DNA of 33,353 bases from Candidatus Magasanikbacteria bacterium RIFCSPHIGHO2_02_FULL_47_14 (GCA_001784275.1 MFQB01000012.1:1-33353), one strand, 5' to 3'. Shown: positions 1 to 8,242, counted from the stretch's first letter. A program made the numbers and translations. The notes: generated from the letters alone by a model not told the origin.

Positions 1-477
1 CTCAGGTACCGTCATTAGTTCTTCCCTGAGAAAAGCAGTTTACACCCCGAAGGGCTTCTTCCTGCACGCGGCGTCGCTCCATCAGACTTTCGTCCATTGT
101 GGAATATTCTTGACTGCAGCCTCCCGTAGGAGTCTGGGCAGTTTCTCAGTCCCAGTGAGGCAGGTCACGCTCTCACGCCTGCTACCCGTCATAGCCTTGG
201 TACGCCATTACCGTACCAACTAGCTGATAGGACATAGGCCCCTCTCCGAGCGAAAAATCATTTACATGTGAATGTCTTATGACCCCACATGTCTATCGGG
301 TATTAATCCACCTTTCGGTGGGCTATCCCCGTCTCGGAGGTAGGTTACCAGTGTGTTACTCACCCGTCTGCCGGTCAGTGCTTCAATGTATTGCTACAGC
401 AAAGCCTGTCCCTCGACTTGCATGCCTTAGACACGCCGCCAACGTTCATCCTGAGCCAGGATCAAACTCTCAAAAAA
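1..477 (-). rRNA. rrs: 16S rRNA, 5' portion (continues beyond the left edge)
   Basis: Reverse complement contains AGAGTTTGATCCTGGCTCAG (451-470), GCATGCAAGTCGA, GACGGGTGAGTAAC and ACTCCTACGGGAGGCTGCAG (114-133). The 5' end is placed ~7 nt upstream of the 27F site by analogy. Confidence 0.99.
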
Positions 478-629
478 GAGAGTTGAATCCCTGATTCAAA
501 ATCAGGAGAAATTTTTATTGTTTTAGGATAGACGTTTCCCTTCCTCTCCCGCAAGCGGGACAGGTCGGGTTACGATTCTTGTCACATTTTTATTGTGAAC
601 CTTACTTGTTTTGGTTGTTGGCTGGTAAA

Positions 630-641
630 TTGTAACGAACA
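630..641 (-). promoter_or_regulatory. boxA-like antitermination element in the rRNA leader
   Basis: Minus strand TGTTCGTTACAA matches E. coli boxA TGCTCTTTAACA at 8/12 positions and lies directly 3' of a long hairpin (boxB-like position). Confidence 0.4.
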
Positions 642-765
642 AAAAAGAAACCTGTTTCATGCATTGATTCTCATAGGATTCAGTACATGAATAAGTTTCT
701 CTTTTCCTAGTATCCGGGGACTTGGGAAACAGGTATATTGTAAACGTTTTTTCTAGTGCTCCAGC

Positions 766-794
766 ATTATATAGAAGTGCCAGGAGGTTGTCAA
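766..794 (-). promoter_or_regulatory. sigma70 promoter of the rRNA operon
   Basis: Perfect consensus TTGACA (789-794), 17 nt spacer, TATAAT (766-771). Predicts a start near 759 and a ~280 nt leader. Confidence 0.92.
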
Positions 795-824
795 GGGGAA
801 AAACTGTGGAGGGTGTGGGGATAA

Positions 825-1523
825 TTACCCTGGTTGTTTTTTACGCCACTCTTCTATTTTTTTATGGTCTCCAGAAAGCAAAACATCTGGTACTTTCCAG
901 CCATGAAACTCGGCTGGTTTGGTATAGTGAGGGTACTCTTTTTCGAGGCTGCTATGAGTTTCTTCGACAAGAGAATCTGGGTTGCCGAGTACGCCTGGAA
1001 TCAGTCGTGCAATAGCTTCAATGATAATAAGCGCACCCAGTTCACCACCAGCCAAAACGTAGGGACCGACCGAAATCTCTTCATCTACGAGATGGTCAAC
1101 AACGCGCTGATCAATGCCTTCGTAGCGACCGCAGATTAATACAAGTTCATCTAATTTGCCCCACTCCTCTGCCACGCGCTGGTCAAACTGACGGCCGCGT
1201 GGCGACAACAACACCACGCGCTTTCTTTTCTGAACAACTTTTCCTGTGACAATCCGTTGCACCTTTTTTAAACCAGAGATAGCAGAAAATGGCAAAGCGT
1301 CAATGCTTTCAAGAGCCTTATAGATCGGCTCTGGTTTCATCACCATTCCGGGGCCGCCCCCATATGGGGTGTCGTCAACGGTTTTGTGTTTGTCTGTCGA
1401 GAAGTCGCGGATGTCTGTCGCCTGAACAATTATCTTTCCCGTTTGCTGCGCTCGTTGTAAAATAGTGGCAGCACAATACTGGGTGACCAAGTTTGGAAAA
1501 ACAGAGAGAATCTGAAATCTCAT
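825..1523 (-). CDS. trmD: tRNA (guanine37-N1)-methyltransferase TrmD
   Basis: Hallmark motifs VDDTPYGGGPGMVMK, LLSPRG, LICGRYEGIDQR, EISVGPYVLAGGELGA, EYPHYTKP, VPDVLLSGDH. Confidence 0.98.
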   Translation of the reverse strand: MRFQILSVFPNLVTQYCAATILQRAQQTGKIIVQATDIRDFSTDKHKTVDDTPYGGGPGMVMKPEPIYKALESIDALPFSAISGLKKVQRIVTGKVVQKRKRVVLLSPRGRQFDQRVAEEWGKLDELVLICGRYEGIDQRVVDHLVDEEISVGPYVLAGGELGALIIIEAIARLIPGVLGNPDSLVEETHSSLEKEYPHYTKPAEFHGWKVPDVLLSGDHKKIEEWRKKQPG

Positions 1524-1526
1524 ATC

Positions 1527-2867
1527 TCATTTCCCTTTTTTGCCCGCGTCACCTTTTGGAAAAAAATTTGCCGTTACTTTCGCTGAGGCTGAATCGGAAG
1601 GCTTCTTTTTTCCAAAAAACATAAAACTATATACAAAGCCAATGGCAAGGATCGATACAAGTGGCACCCCCCACTTCTTTAGATCAATAAAAGAAAAGAG
1701 AGAAAATGTATCTGCGTCGGATGAAACGATGGTTCCCTGAGATAAAAGTTGCGCTGAAACACTATAATCGCCACTCGGTAAAGACGAGTCAAGAACTATT
1801 GTTCTTTCGATAGTCTCTTCACCCTGAGAAAGGGTATATGGAAAATGTTCTTCCCATACTATCGAGTCGTCTTCATTAACCAAAAGTAACTCAACAACCA
1901 GAGGAATTTGCTGTTGATTTGAGGGTATATTTCCTGCATGTGTCAACCTTATAGTAGTCTGAGCAACCCCCTGTCTCTTTCGTACTTGTTGAGGTACCAT
2001 GATATCTATAGACAATAAAGACTGCGCTACGTCAGAACGGACAACCTCAGCATATTCGAGGTCAGTATCAAAAATATTTTGGGTAACAGGATCAGTCGCG
2101 GTAACTTTAACGACATAACGACCCGGGGCTAAACCATAAGGGAAACGGTATACCCACTCACCATCGCCATCCGAGTTAACTGTTTCTTGCACAAGACCTT
2201 GATCAATGTTGATAGCAACCAATGCATATGGTAACTCACTATGCCCGCGTACCACAGGTCTATCATCACGCAGAAGCGACGTGGATGAAATCTTATTATC
2301 CAAATCAGTCAGTATCGATGTCTGTGGCCTCTCACCTGAGATATCTTGAGTTGTTGAACCCGCTTCATTTTTGTTTGTCTCAAACTCAGACTCGGCAGTG
2401 AATAGATACCGTGTCTGTGGACCTGGAACAACTGGTACATTTTGACCGTACGAAAGTATAGAAACTTCTTTTGGGGCAAAAAATGCCTCTGTCTCAACTT
2501 TTGAAGAAAATACAATCTCTGCAACAAGAGTATCGACATTAACTCCACCCAGTGCAGCAACGCTCCATTCAATTATGCCATTGTTTTGATCAATGTTGGG
2601 TTCCCGAACAAAAACAGTAAACGGGGGGTAAAAACGAATATCTTCAACATTAAGAGAACTCGTAGAAAAGGTAATTGTTCCTTGGACAGTGTCAATACGA
2701 AAGTCTCCAACTTTGAGCCATATCTGGGCTGGCGCTGGTTGTTTATCAAGACTGTACACCGCCGTAAGTGGCGAAATATACAAGGCCGCATCGCGAGCGA
2801 ATGCTGCGCTTGGGAGAAAAAAATAACTAAGAAATAATAAAAAAAGAAATAATAAAAAAAATCTCAT
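1527..2867 (-). CDS. Exported membrane-anchored protein: signal peptide, cohesin-like domain, bacterial Ig-like domain(s), C-terminal TM helix
   Basis: Hydrophobic N-terminus ending AFA. Residues ~28-157 (LYISP...IDTVQGTITF...VREPNID..NGII...VAEIVF) follow the cohesin-like pattern common in CPR. RPVVRG...SDGDGEW...LAPGRYVVKVTATD is Ig-like. Ends with a TM segment (WGVPLVSILAIGFVYSFMFF) and a basic tail. Confidence 0.75.
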   Translation of the reverse strand: MRFFLLFLFLLFLSYFFLPSAAFARDAALYISPLTAVYSLDKQPAPAQIWLKVGDFRIDTVQGTITFSTSSLNVEDIRFYPPFTVFVREPNIDQNNGIIEWSVAALGGVNVDTLVAEIVFSSKVETEAFFAPKEVSILSYGQNVPVVPGPQTRYLFTAESEFETNKNEAGSTTQDISGERPQTSILTDLDNKISSTSLLRDDRPVVRGHSELPYALVAINIDQGLVQETVNSDGDGEWVYRFPYGLAPGRYVVKVTATDPVTQNIFDTDLEYAEVVRSDVAQSLLSIDIMVPQQVRKRQGVAQTTIRLTHAGNIPSNQQQIPLVVELLLVNEDDSIVWEEHFPYTLSQGEETIERTIVLDSSLPSGDYSVSAQLLSQGTIVSSDADTFSLFSFIDLKKWGVPLVSILAIGFVYSFMFFGKKKPSDSASAKVTANFFPKGDAGKKGK

Positions 2868-2902
2868 ATGTAGCTGAATAGATCTCTAAAAAGAGTAACA
2901 CG

Positions 2903-2931
2903 AGTATAGCATGTGATTTCATAAATGAAAA
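2903..2931 (-). promoter_or_regulatory. Probable extended -10 promoter for the cohesin-like gene and trmD
   Basis: Minus strand TG-c-TATACT (2903-2911) with TTTTCA (2926-2931) 17 nt upstream of the hexamer. Confidence 0.55.
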
Positions 2932-2957
2932 CCACCCCGTATACGGGGTGGTTTTTT
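2928..2957 (-). terminator. Intrinsic terminator (potentially bidirectional) downstream of the 377-aa gene
   Basis: Perfect 28-bp palindrome AAAACCACCCCGTA-TACGGGGTGGTTTT (2928-2955) with T-runs on both strands, ~12 nt after the stop at 2969. Confidence 0.88.
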
Positions 2958-2968
2958 ATATGTAATTT

Positions 2969-4102
2969 TTATTGGATATCCGGACCGTCTTCGTATGTTT
3001 CACTATCTGAGATGACCACAATTCGATCAAGTCGATATCCAAGTCTTTCAAACACTGCCTGATTCGTTACGTGTGATTTCTTTCCATCTACCAACCGATA
3101 TACTTTAGCGGAATTTGCATATTTAACCAATGTTCCATTCGGGTGGCTGTCGGAAACAGTAATCTCACCAGCTGACACGTACTTATCGAGCAGTGAGTCA
3201 GCTATATCTTCAACCCATTCCCATTTGTACCCAAGCGTGGCAAAGAGTTGTTCAGACGTTATCCAGTGTTTGTTGCCATTCAGTAAAAGGTATACTTTCG
3301 GATCGTTCACTGTTTTAACCAATGCGCCATATTTTGGATCATACTTGGAACCCCATGGCATAAAGCCGAGAGCATCTGCTGGTATTTTACTCAGCTCTGC
3401 TTCTGTCGTAATTTTTACATCGTTCCACGAGCTAAAGTAGCTAAAGAAAACACGCGGATTATTAAATGGACGTTTTGTACAAGAAAGAGTCACATAATAA
3501 ACAGAACGAGATCCGTTTGTTTTGTAGGCCATTCTTGTATCGAGTGGGCATGACTCTGACTGTTGACCAATAAGCAAACTGAGGTCCTTTTCATCTATGA
3601 CGCCATCTTTGTTAATATCTTCAGATACTTCATCTAAACTTGCAGGCACTTGTACAGGTGGAGTCACCTGACCTGCTGATACCAACTGAATGGAGCCGGT
3701 ATAAACAGTAGTACTCTTACCGGTCGAAGAATCACGGAACTTTACGTAAACCGTCTTAGTTCCATCTCCCGGTTCGAGGGTCCAGTCGAATTCTCCGTCA
3801 TATGGTTGCCAAGCTGCATTACTGAAATCTGCTCTATTTGACACTGCCATTTGATCAGCTGAGGCTTGTGGAACGTTTAAAGAAACGCTGGTGTTGCCGG
3901 TTGTCGCCGCACCTTTATTGATAACGACCACAAGCGCTGCACCAGGAGTAGAAGGTGATACGGTTGGTGCCGGAGATCCGCCTCCACCACCACCATATCC
4001 AAACGCTTGTTGGATCTGCCAGAACGATAAGAAAAATGCCGAGACGAGTATTGCCCCGACCAACGCAGCTCTAAAAGAGAGCACTTTTTGTATCACAACC
4101 AT
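2969..4102 (-). CDS. Secreted protein: Gly/Pro/Ser/Thr linker, beta domain, dockerin/EF-hand-like loop, three CPR-type C-terminal repeats
   Basis: N-terminal hydrophobic stretch; GGGGGGSPAPTVSPSTP linker; INKGA...WQPY...WTL..GDGTKTVYVKFRD domain; DINKDGVIDEKDLSLL motif; three ~55-aa repeats of the form (G.LV)K....(K)VY....G.K......F..LGY.W. Confidence 0.8.
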   Translation of the reverse strand: MVVIQKVLSFRAALVGAILVSAFFLSFWQIQQAFGYGGGGGGSPAPTVSPSTPGAALVVVINKGAATTGNTSVSLNVPQASADQMAVSNRADFSNAAWQPYDGEFDWTLEPGDGTKTVYVKFRDSSTGKSTTVYTGSIQLVSAGQVTPPVQVPASLDEVSEDINKDGVIDEKDLSLLIGQQSESCPLDTRMAYKTNGSRSVYYVTLSCTKRPFNNPRVFFSYFSSWNDVKITTEAELSKIPADALGFMPWGSKYDPKYGALVKTVNDPKVYLLLNGNKHWITSEQLFATLGYKWEWVEDIADSLLDKYVSAGEITVSDSHPNGTLVKYANSAKVYRLVDGKKSHVTNQAVFERLGYRLDRIVVISDSETYEDGPDIQ

Positions 4103-4147
4103 ATAGATGCGATTGAAAAAAGATGAATATTAATAGATGATGCGGTT

Positions 4148-4176
4148 ATCATAACACATTTTTTTTAATTTCACAA
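4148..4176 (-). promoter_or_regulatory. Probable sigma70 promoter for the 377-aa gene
   Basis: Minus strand TTGTGA (4171-4176), 17 nt spacer, TATGAT (4148-4153) with an extended TG. Confidence 0.6.
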
Positions 4177-4191
4177 TCATGTTGTCACACC

Positions 4192-4200
4192 TGTGGATAA
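4192..4200 (-). promoter_or_regulatory. Perfect DnaA-box sequence between divergent promoters
   Basis: Plus strand TGTGGATAA is the reverse complement of the consensus TTATCCACA. Single copy, so function is unproven. Confidence 0.4.
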
Positions 4201-4231
4201 GTATTTTCATTTAACCAAAAAATAGAAAGGA

Positions 4232-4260
4232 TTGTGCTATAAGATTTTTTCTTTTAAAAT
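4232..4260 (+). promoter_or_regulatory. Probable sigma70 promoter for the GT-C operon
   Basis: TTGTGC (4232-4237), 17 nt spacer, TAAAAT (4255-4260). An alternative TG-c-TATAAG lies at 4235-4243. Confidence 0.5.
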
Positions 4261-4290
4261 GAACACGTCAGATAGTCTCGAATCAAAAAT

Positions 4291-5823
4291 ATGAATTATC
4301 GTAAAAAATTCTTTTTAATCACTTGTGCCTTTATATTACTTTGGGCTGGCATAACCAGAGTGTACAAATTGGACGAACAATCATGGTGGATGGACGAAGG
4401 CTATTCGGTAAATGCAGCACTTTCTACCATAGAAAAAGGATACCCGCTTTTACCGTCCGGGCTAGCGTACAACCAGCATATAGTCTATACGTATTTTCTT
4501 GCCGGCTCAATAAAAATTTTTGGCCTTTCAGAATGGAGCACCCGGGCTCCATCTGTTCTGGCGAGTATGCTAACTCTGCCGATCATTTTTTTCTTTACTA
4601 AAAAAATGATCGGCCCACGTGTCGCCTATCTTGCCACACTATTGGCATCTTTTTCTTACTGGGAAATTGCATGGGCAAGACAGGCACGATTCTATGCACT
4701 TTTTCAACTTACGTTTTGGGCTGCACTTTTTTTCTTCTGGAACGCTGTCACTTCTCGAAAAAAGATAGACTTTTTGTGGGCAGGTTTCTTTTCTTGTCTT
4801 ACCTTTTTTCTTCATCCTCTCGGCATTTTTTTGATTCCAATATACGTCGCCACTATCATAGTCACGCTGCTGAATATGCAAGGCGTCTCACTTCGTATGT
4901 GGTGGAGAAAAAACTGGCCCAGTATCGCTACCATCTCGCTGCTTCTTGCAGTAACAGGCATCTTCTTTTATAGACCAATATACGAAACATTTCGCGAGGT
5001 ATCGGTCCATCGTTTATTCTATTTACCGAAATATCTATCTTTTTTCCGAAACGGTACGCCGGGAGTTGCACTTCTTGCCGTGCTCTCCCTGCTCTTTCCT
5101 TTTGCCCATGACAAAAGACAGTCGCCAAGTCTGAACCCTGTATTGTATCTTTGGACAATTTTTCTCATTCCGTTCACCGGACTATCCTTTTTTGTATTCC
5201 TTCTTCAATACAGGTATGTTTTTATTATCCTCCCCGCACTTTTTATCTTAAGTGCTTTTTCGTTGATATCAATCTATGACTGGCTCGCAAACCGACATCA
5301 CCCGGTATACCGACTGGTCTATATCGGCGTAGTCCTGGTGTATTTTCTTGTATCACCTGAATTTCAAGTAACACCCACACCACAGTATGCACTCGAATCC
5401 GATAGACCCAACACCAAAGGATTCATTTCCTATACCCCGCAACCAAATTGGCAGGGTGCATATGACTATATCTTAAAAAATAAACGACAAGATGATATAC
5501 TTATCTCTGCGCAACCGGTCTTCACCTATATATACACCGGCGAACCGGGTCAGTGGATTTTTTATACCTTAACGAAAAAACCGGAGCGAGGCCGACCGCC
5601 AAAACCCGACGAACGTGATCCATACGTAGGGGCGAAAACGATAGTGACGAAAGAGAACCTCATGCAGACGATACTCAATAAACACGGATTTGTTGTCCTC
5701 GACTCGTTTGCGCGCGATGGCAGAATACCGACGGATATACTTACATACATAGAAAAAAAGTTGGTACTGCGTTATACGAATACATTTAATCGTTGGTCCA
5801 CTATATGGGTATATGAATTTTAG
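4291..5823 (+). CDS. GT-C fold membrane glycosyltransferase (ArnT/PMT-like, GT39/GT83 type)
   Basis: First TM followed by the catalytic-loop motif SWWMDEGYS, then FGLSEWSTRAPS and WARQARFY. Many TM segments and a soluble C-terminal domain. Confidence 0.85.
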   Translation: MNYRKKFFLITCAFILLWAGITRVYKLDEQSWWMDEGYSVNAALSTIEKGYPLLPSGLAYNQHIVYTYFLAGSIKIFGLSEWSTRAPSVLASMLTLPIIFFFTKKMIGPRVAYLATLLASFSYWEIAWARQARFYALFQLTFWAALFFFWNAVTSRKKIDFLWAGFFSCLTFFLHPLGIFLIPIYVATIIVTLLNMQGVSLRMWWRKNWPSIATISLLLAVTGIFFYRPIYETFREVSVHRLFYLPKYLSFFRNGTPGVALLAVLSLLFPFAHDKRQSPSLNPVLYLWTIFLIPFTGLSFFVFLLQYRYVFIILPALFILSAFSLISIYDWLANRHHPVYRLVYIGVVLVYFLVSPEFQVTPTPQYALESDRPNTKGFISYTPQPNWQGAYDYILKNKRQDDILISAQPVFTYIYTGEPGQWIFYTLTKKPERGRPPKPDERDPYVGAKTIVTKENLMQTILNKHGFVVLDSFARDGRIPTDILTYIEKKLVLRYTNTFNRWSTIWVYEF

Positions 5824-5845
5824 TTTTTACTTTTTGTCCTAACCT

Positions 5846-8242
5846 ATGCCGACGGCACACAAAACGTCTCTTCCCGAGCTCATAAAACACAACAGGCTTC
5901 TCTCGGTCGCTTTAAGCATTACTGTCATTTTTTTTATATCTTTTTTCTTGTTTCATTTATATAAAGCTTTTTCTTACAGGACAGTGGAACAGACAGACTT
6001 TCATAACAACTCTTTTAAGAAAAAAGCCGGACAAAATTTATTTATTAATGAAAACGCCGGTGACTCTACAAAATTTCTTGAAACAATCATCATTAATGAC
6101 GTCCACACAAAAAAAATAATTGGATCACCCATTTCTTTTATCTGGAAACCGAAGCACTTTATCTTCAGCAAACAATTTGACCAAACTATCGACGTGTCAG
6201 TAACACTTCAAAGTAATACCCCGTGGTATCTGGAAGTCAGCCCTCGGTCGACGAAGACTACTTCTGGCACCACGACACCGCAACGATACCAGCTCTACTA
6301 CCCGGGGTTAAAAAATTATTCTCTCGCTGCGTCATTTTCTGATGTATCAGTCTATGCAAAAGAAGCAAAATCTTGGACCCCAAAAGATACACTCGTTGAA
6401 TGGGTCAAAGAAAATGTTCCACCTTTTTCTCAAATCCGTCTTTTGGAAGGAATCCGCCCGTTTGGTGTAGCTGACTTTGCCAATCCAATGATCGGCTTCG
6501 ACCCTAATACAGTTAAAACGTCGTTCCCGGGCTCGATACGCGGGCCACATTCGTTCTATGTATTTTTGAATAACGAAGTAGATATTGCCTTCAAAAAACA
6601 AGATTTAAATTGGTTTAAAGGTGAGGACACAGCGGCTATTGTGATACGAGATGTGTACGGTGAAGAAATATTGAGACAAGCTCTTGAGGATGATGGGGTT
6701 GACGCAGCGAAACCAGACATGTTTCGTCTACCTCAGCAGTATCAAATTCTCAAACCCCTCCCCTATACAGGTATCTACCGTATTGACTTTGAAGATATAA
6801 ACGAAACTTTGCAAAAAGACTGGGCTATCACCTCATTTGTTATCAACACGAATAAAATCGTCTTTGACGGGTCGCCTATATTTACCTCACCAATCTCCTT
6901 ATATACACAAATTCACCAGAAAAAAACCATTTCTGTGCGGCGAATGAAATCCGACGCTCCTGAGGTGATCTCTTTCACCGGTACAAGCACGACGACTGTT
7001 GACCTCTCAAAAATCGGAACCGCCGGACAAAAAGACATCGAGCTCGAGGCAGGGTCGTATACTATTCAACCAGCAGACTATACGGAACTACGCGGTTCAT
7101 TCTTTTCGTTCGATGAAGGTCATTACTTCGACCCTTTTATCTATTATCTGACGGACAGAAAAGACGCAGACATAGTCATAGGAAATTATACATTTATCAA
7201 AAATCCGATTGACCCGGATTGGATTACTGTAAAAAAATCTTTTAAATCCTCAACATTAATGCCGGAAAGTGGAAAATTTACCGAATCCGTCGAATTTTTG
7301 CTCTCTTCCCCTCTCATGGAAAAAAATCAAATTCTACTTGAGGAGCTGCTAACGAAAAACTACTTTCAACTGGAAGAGCAAGATAACGTGGTGTTGTGGG
7401 GAAAGAAAAAAATAAATGAAAATTTTTTTGACAGTATGACGAGCGCAGAACTTGATACTCTCGAGCCGCACCAACTCATTGAATTTAACTCACTTGAGGA
7501 ACTCTCCAAAAAAGTAGAGGGGATAAACCCTGGCATAGAAGCAGGGTCAGATATAACAACGGTCCTTAGCTTGCCACTTCGGGGAACACACATCTTTCTT
7601 GTATACACAACCGATATTATTGATCTCACGATCCATAAAGAAGATCTCAACCGAGAAGAGGGGGCGGATATGGCTTCTGTAGCGATATCAAACTTCGGAA
7701 GTGACAAGGTGCTTTGCGAGACAACAATTGCCGACGACGGAAACATAAGCTCAGATAAACGTACCGGGGCACGGGAAGGCCGGCTGCTTTGTGAAAACAT
7801 CCCGGAAGGAATCTACACAGTCACAGTATCCGGAGAAGACTTCCTTATCAAAAAAATGAAAATTAACACAAATAAAATTATGCTAAAAAACAAACTTTTT
7901 GTTCACGACACGGGAACGGATTACACCATCTACACTCAACCGGTGGTTCCAAATAGTATCGACATGCGACACTGGGGTCCTCAACAAAAACTGGCCGTGA
8001 CCCTTCCCACTCAAGAAGAACGCCTCCTTACTCTCAACGATGGTGAAAGAAAGAAAATTGAACTACCGTCGGGTCTTTCATCCTTTAGATTCTCTCCCGG
8101 AAGCAACCTCCTCATTGGCGGACACTTCTCTTTCAACGAACAATACCTGTTTGATCTTCCGATACTCCAAGGCAAGAACTTTGTGCTCACTCGCCTTACC
8201 CCGCCAGAAACACTCCAGTCGTTTAAGTTGGAAGTAAGATGA
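5846..8242 (+). CDS. Large exported protein of unknown function, single N-terminal TM, internally duplicated domain
   Basis: 798-aa ORF with one hydrophobic segment (aa ~18-40). Two copies of RG.H.F.V...K.DLN...G.D...DDG...GIY...INTNKI...FSF.E...FD. Confidence 0.85.
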   Translation: MPTAHKTSLPELIKHNRLLSVALSITVIFFISFFLFHLYKAFSYRTVEQTDFHNNSFKKKAGQNLFINENAGDSTKFLETIIINDVHTKKIIGSPISFIWKPKHFIFSKQFDQTIDVSVTLQSNTPWYLEVSPRSTKTTSGTTTPQRYQLYYPGLKNYSLAASFSDVSVYAKEAKSWTPKDTLVEWVKENVPPFSQIRLLEGIRPFGVADFANPMIGFDPNTVKTSFPGSIRGPHSFYVFLNNEVDIAFKKQDLNWFKGEDTAAIVIRDVYGEEILRQALEDDGVDAAKPDMFRLPQQYQILKPLPYTGIYRIDFEDINETLQKDWAITSFVINTNKIVFDGSPIFTSPISLYTQIHQKKTISVRRMKSDAPEVISFTGTSTTTVDLSKIGTAGQKDIELEAGSYTIQPADYTELRGSFFSFDEGHYFDPFIYYLTDRKDADIVIGNYTFIKNPIDPDWITVKKSFKSSTLMPESGKFTESVEFLLSSPLMEKNQILLEELLTKNYFQLEEQDNVVLWGKKKINENFFDSMTSAELDTLEPHQLIEFNSLEELSKKVEGINPGIEAGSDITTVLSLPLRGTHIFLVYTTDIIDLTIHKEDLNREEGADMASVAISNFGSDKVLCETTIADDGNISSDKRTGAREGRLLCENIPEGIYTVTVSGEDFLIKKMKINTNKIMLKNKLFVHDTGTDYTIYTQPVVPNSIDMRHWGPQQKLAVTLPTQEERLLTLNDGERKKIELPSGLSSFRFSPGSNLLIGGHFSFNEQYLFDLPILQGKNFVLTRLTPPETLQSFKLEVR

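Noticed and set aside
1..477. Possible intron or insertion in the 16S gene (common in CPR)
   Set aside because: The visible part is collinear with a normal 16S 5' domain and of ordinary length; the rest lies outside the window.
737..765. Second rRNA promoter (TACAAT at 737-742, minus strand)
   Set aside because: No -35 or extended -10 at the right spacing.
279..1139. Plus-strand ORFs 279-494, 722-1015 and 834-1139
   Set aside because: Antisense to the 16S rRNA, its promoter or trmD; no recognisable protein features.
4103..4290. Replication origin at the strand switch
   Set aside because: Only one DnaA box, no dnaA/dnaN nearby, and the AT-richness is explained by two promoters.
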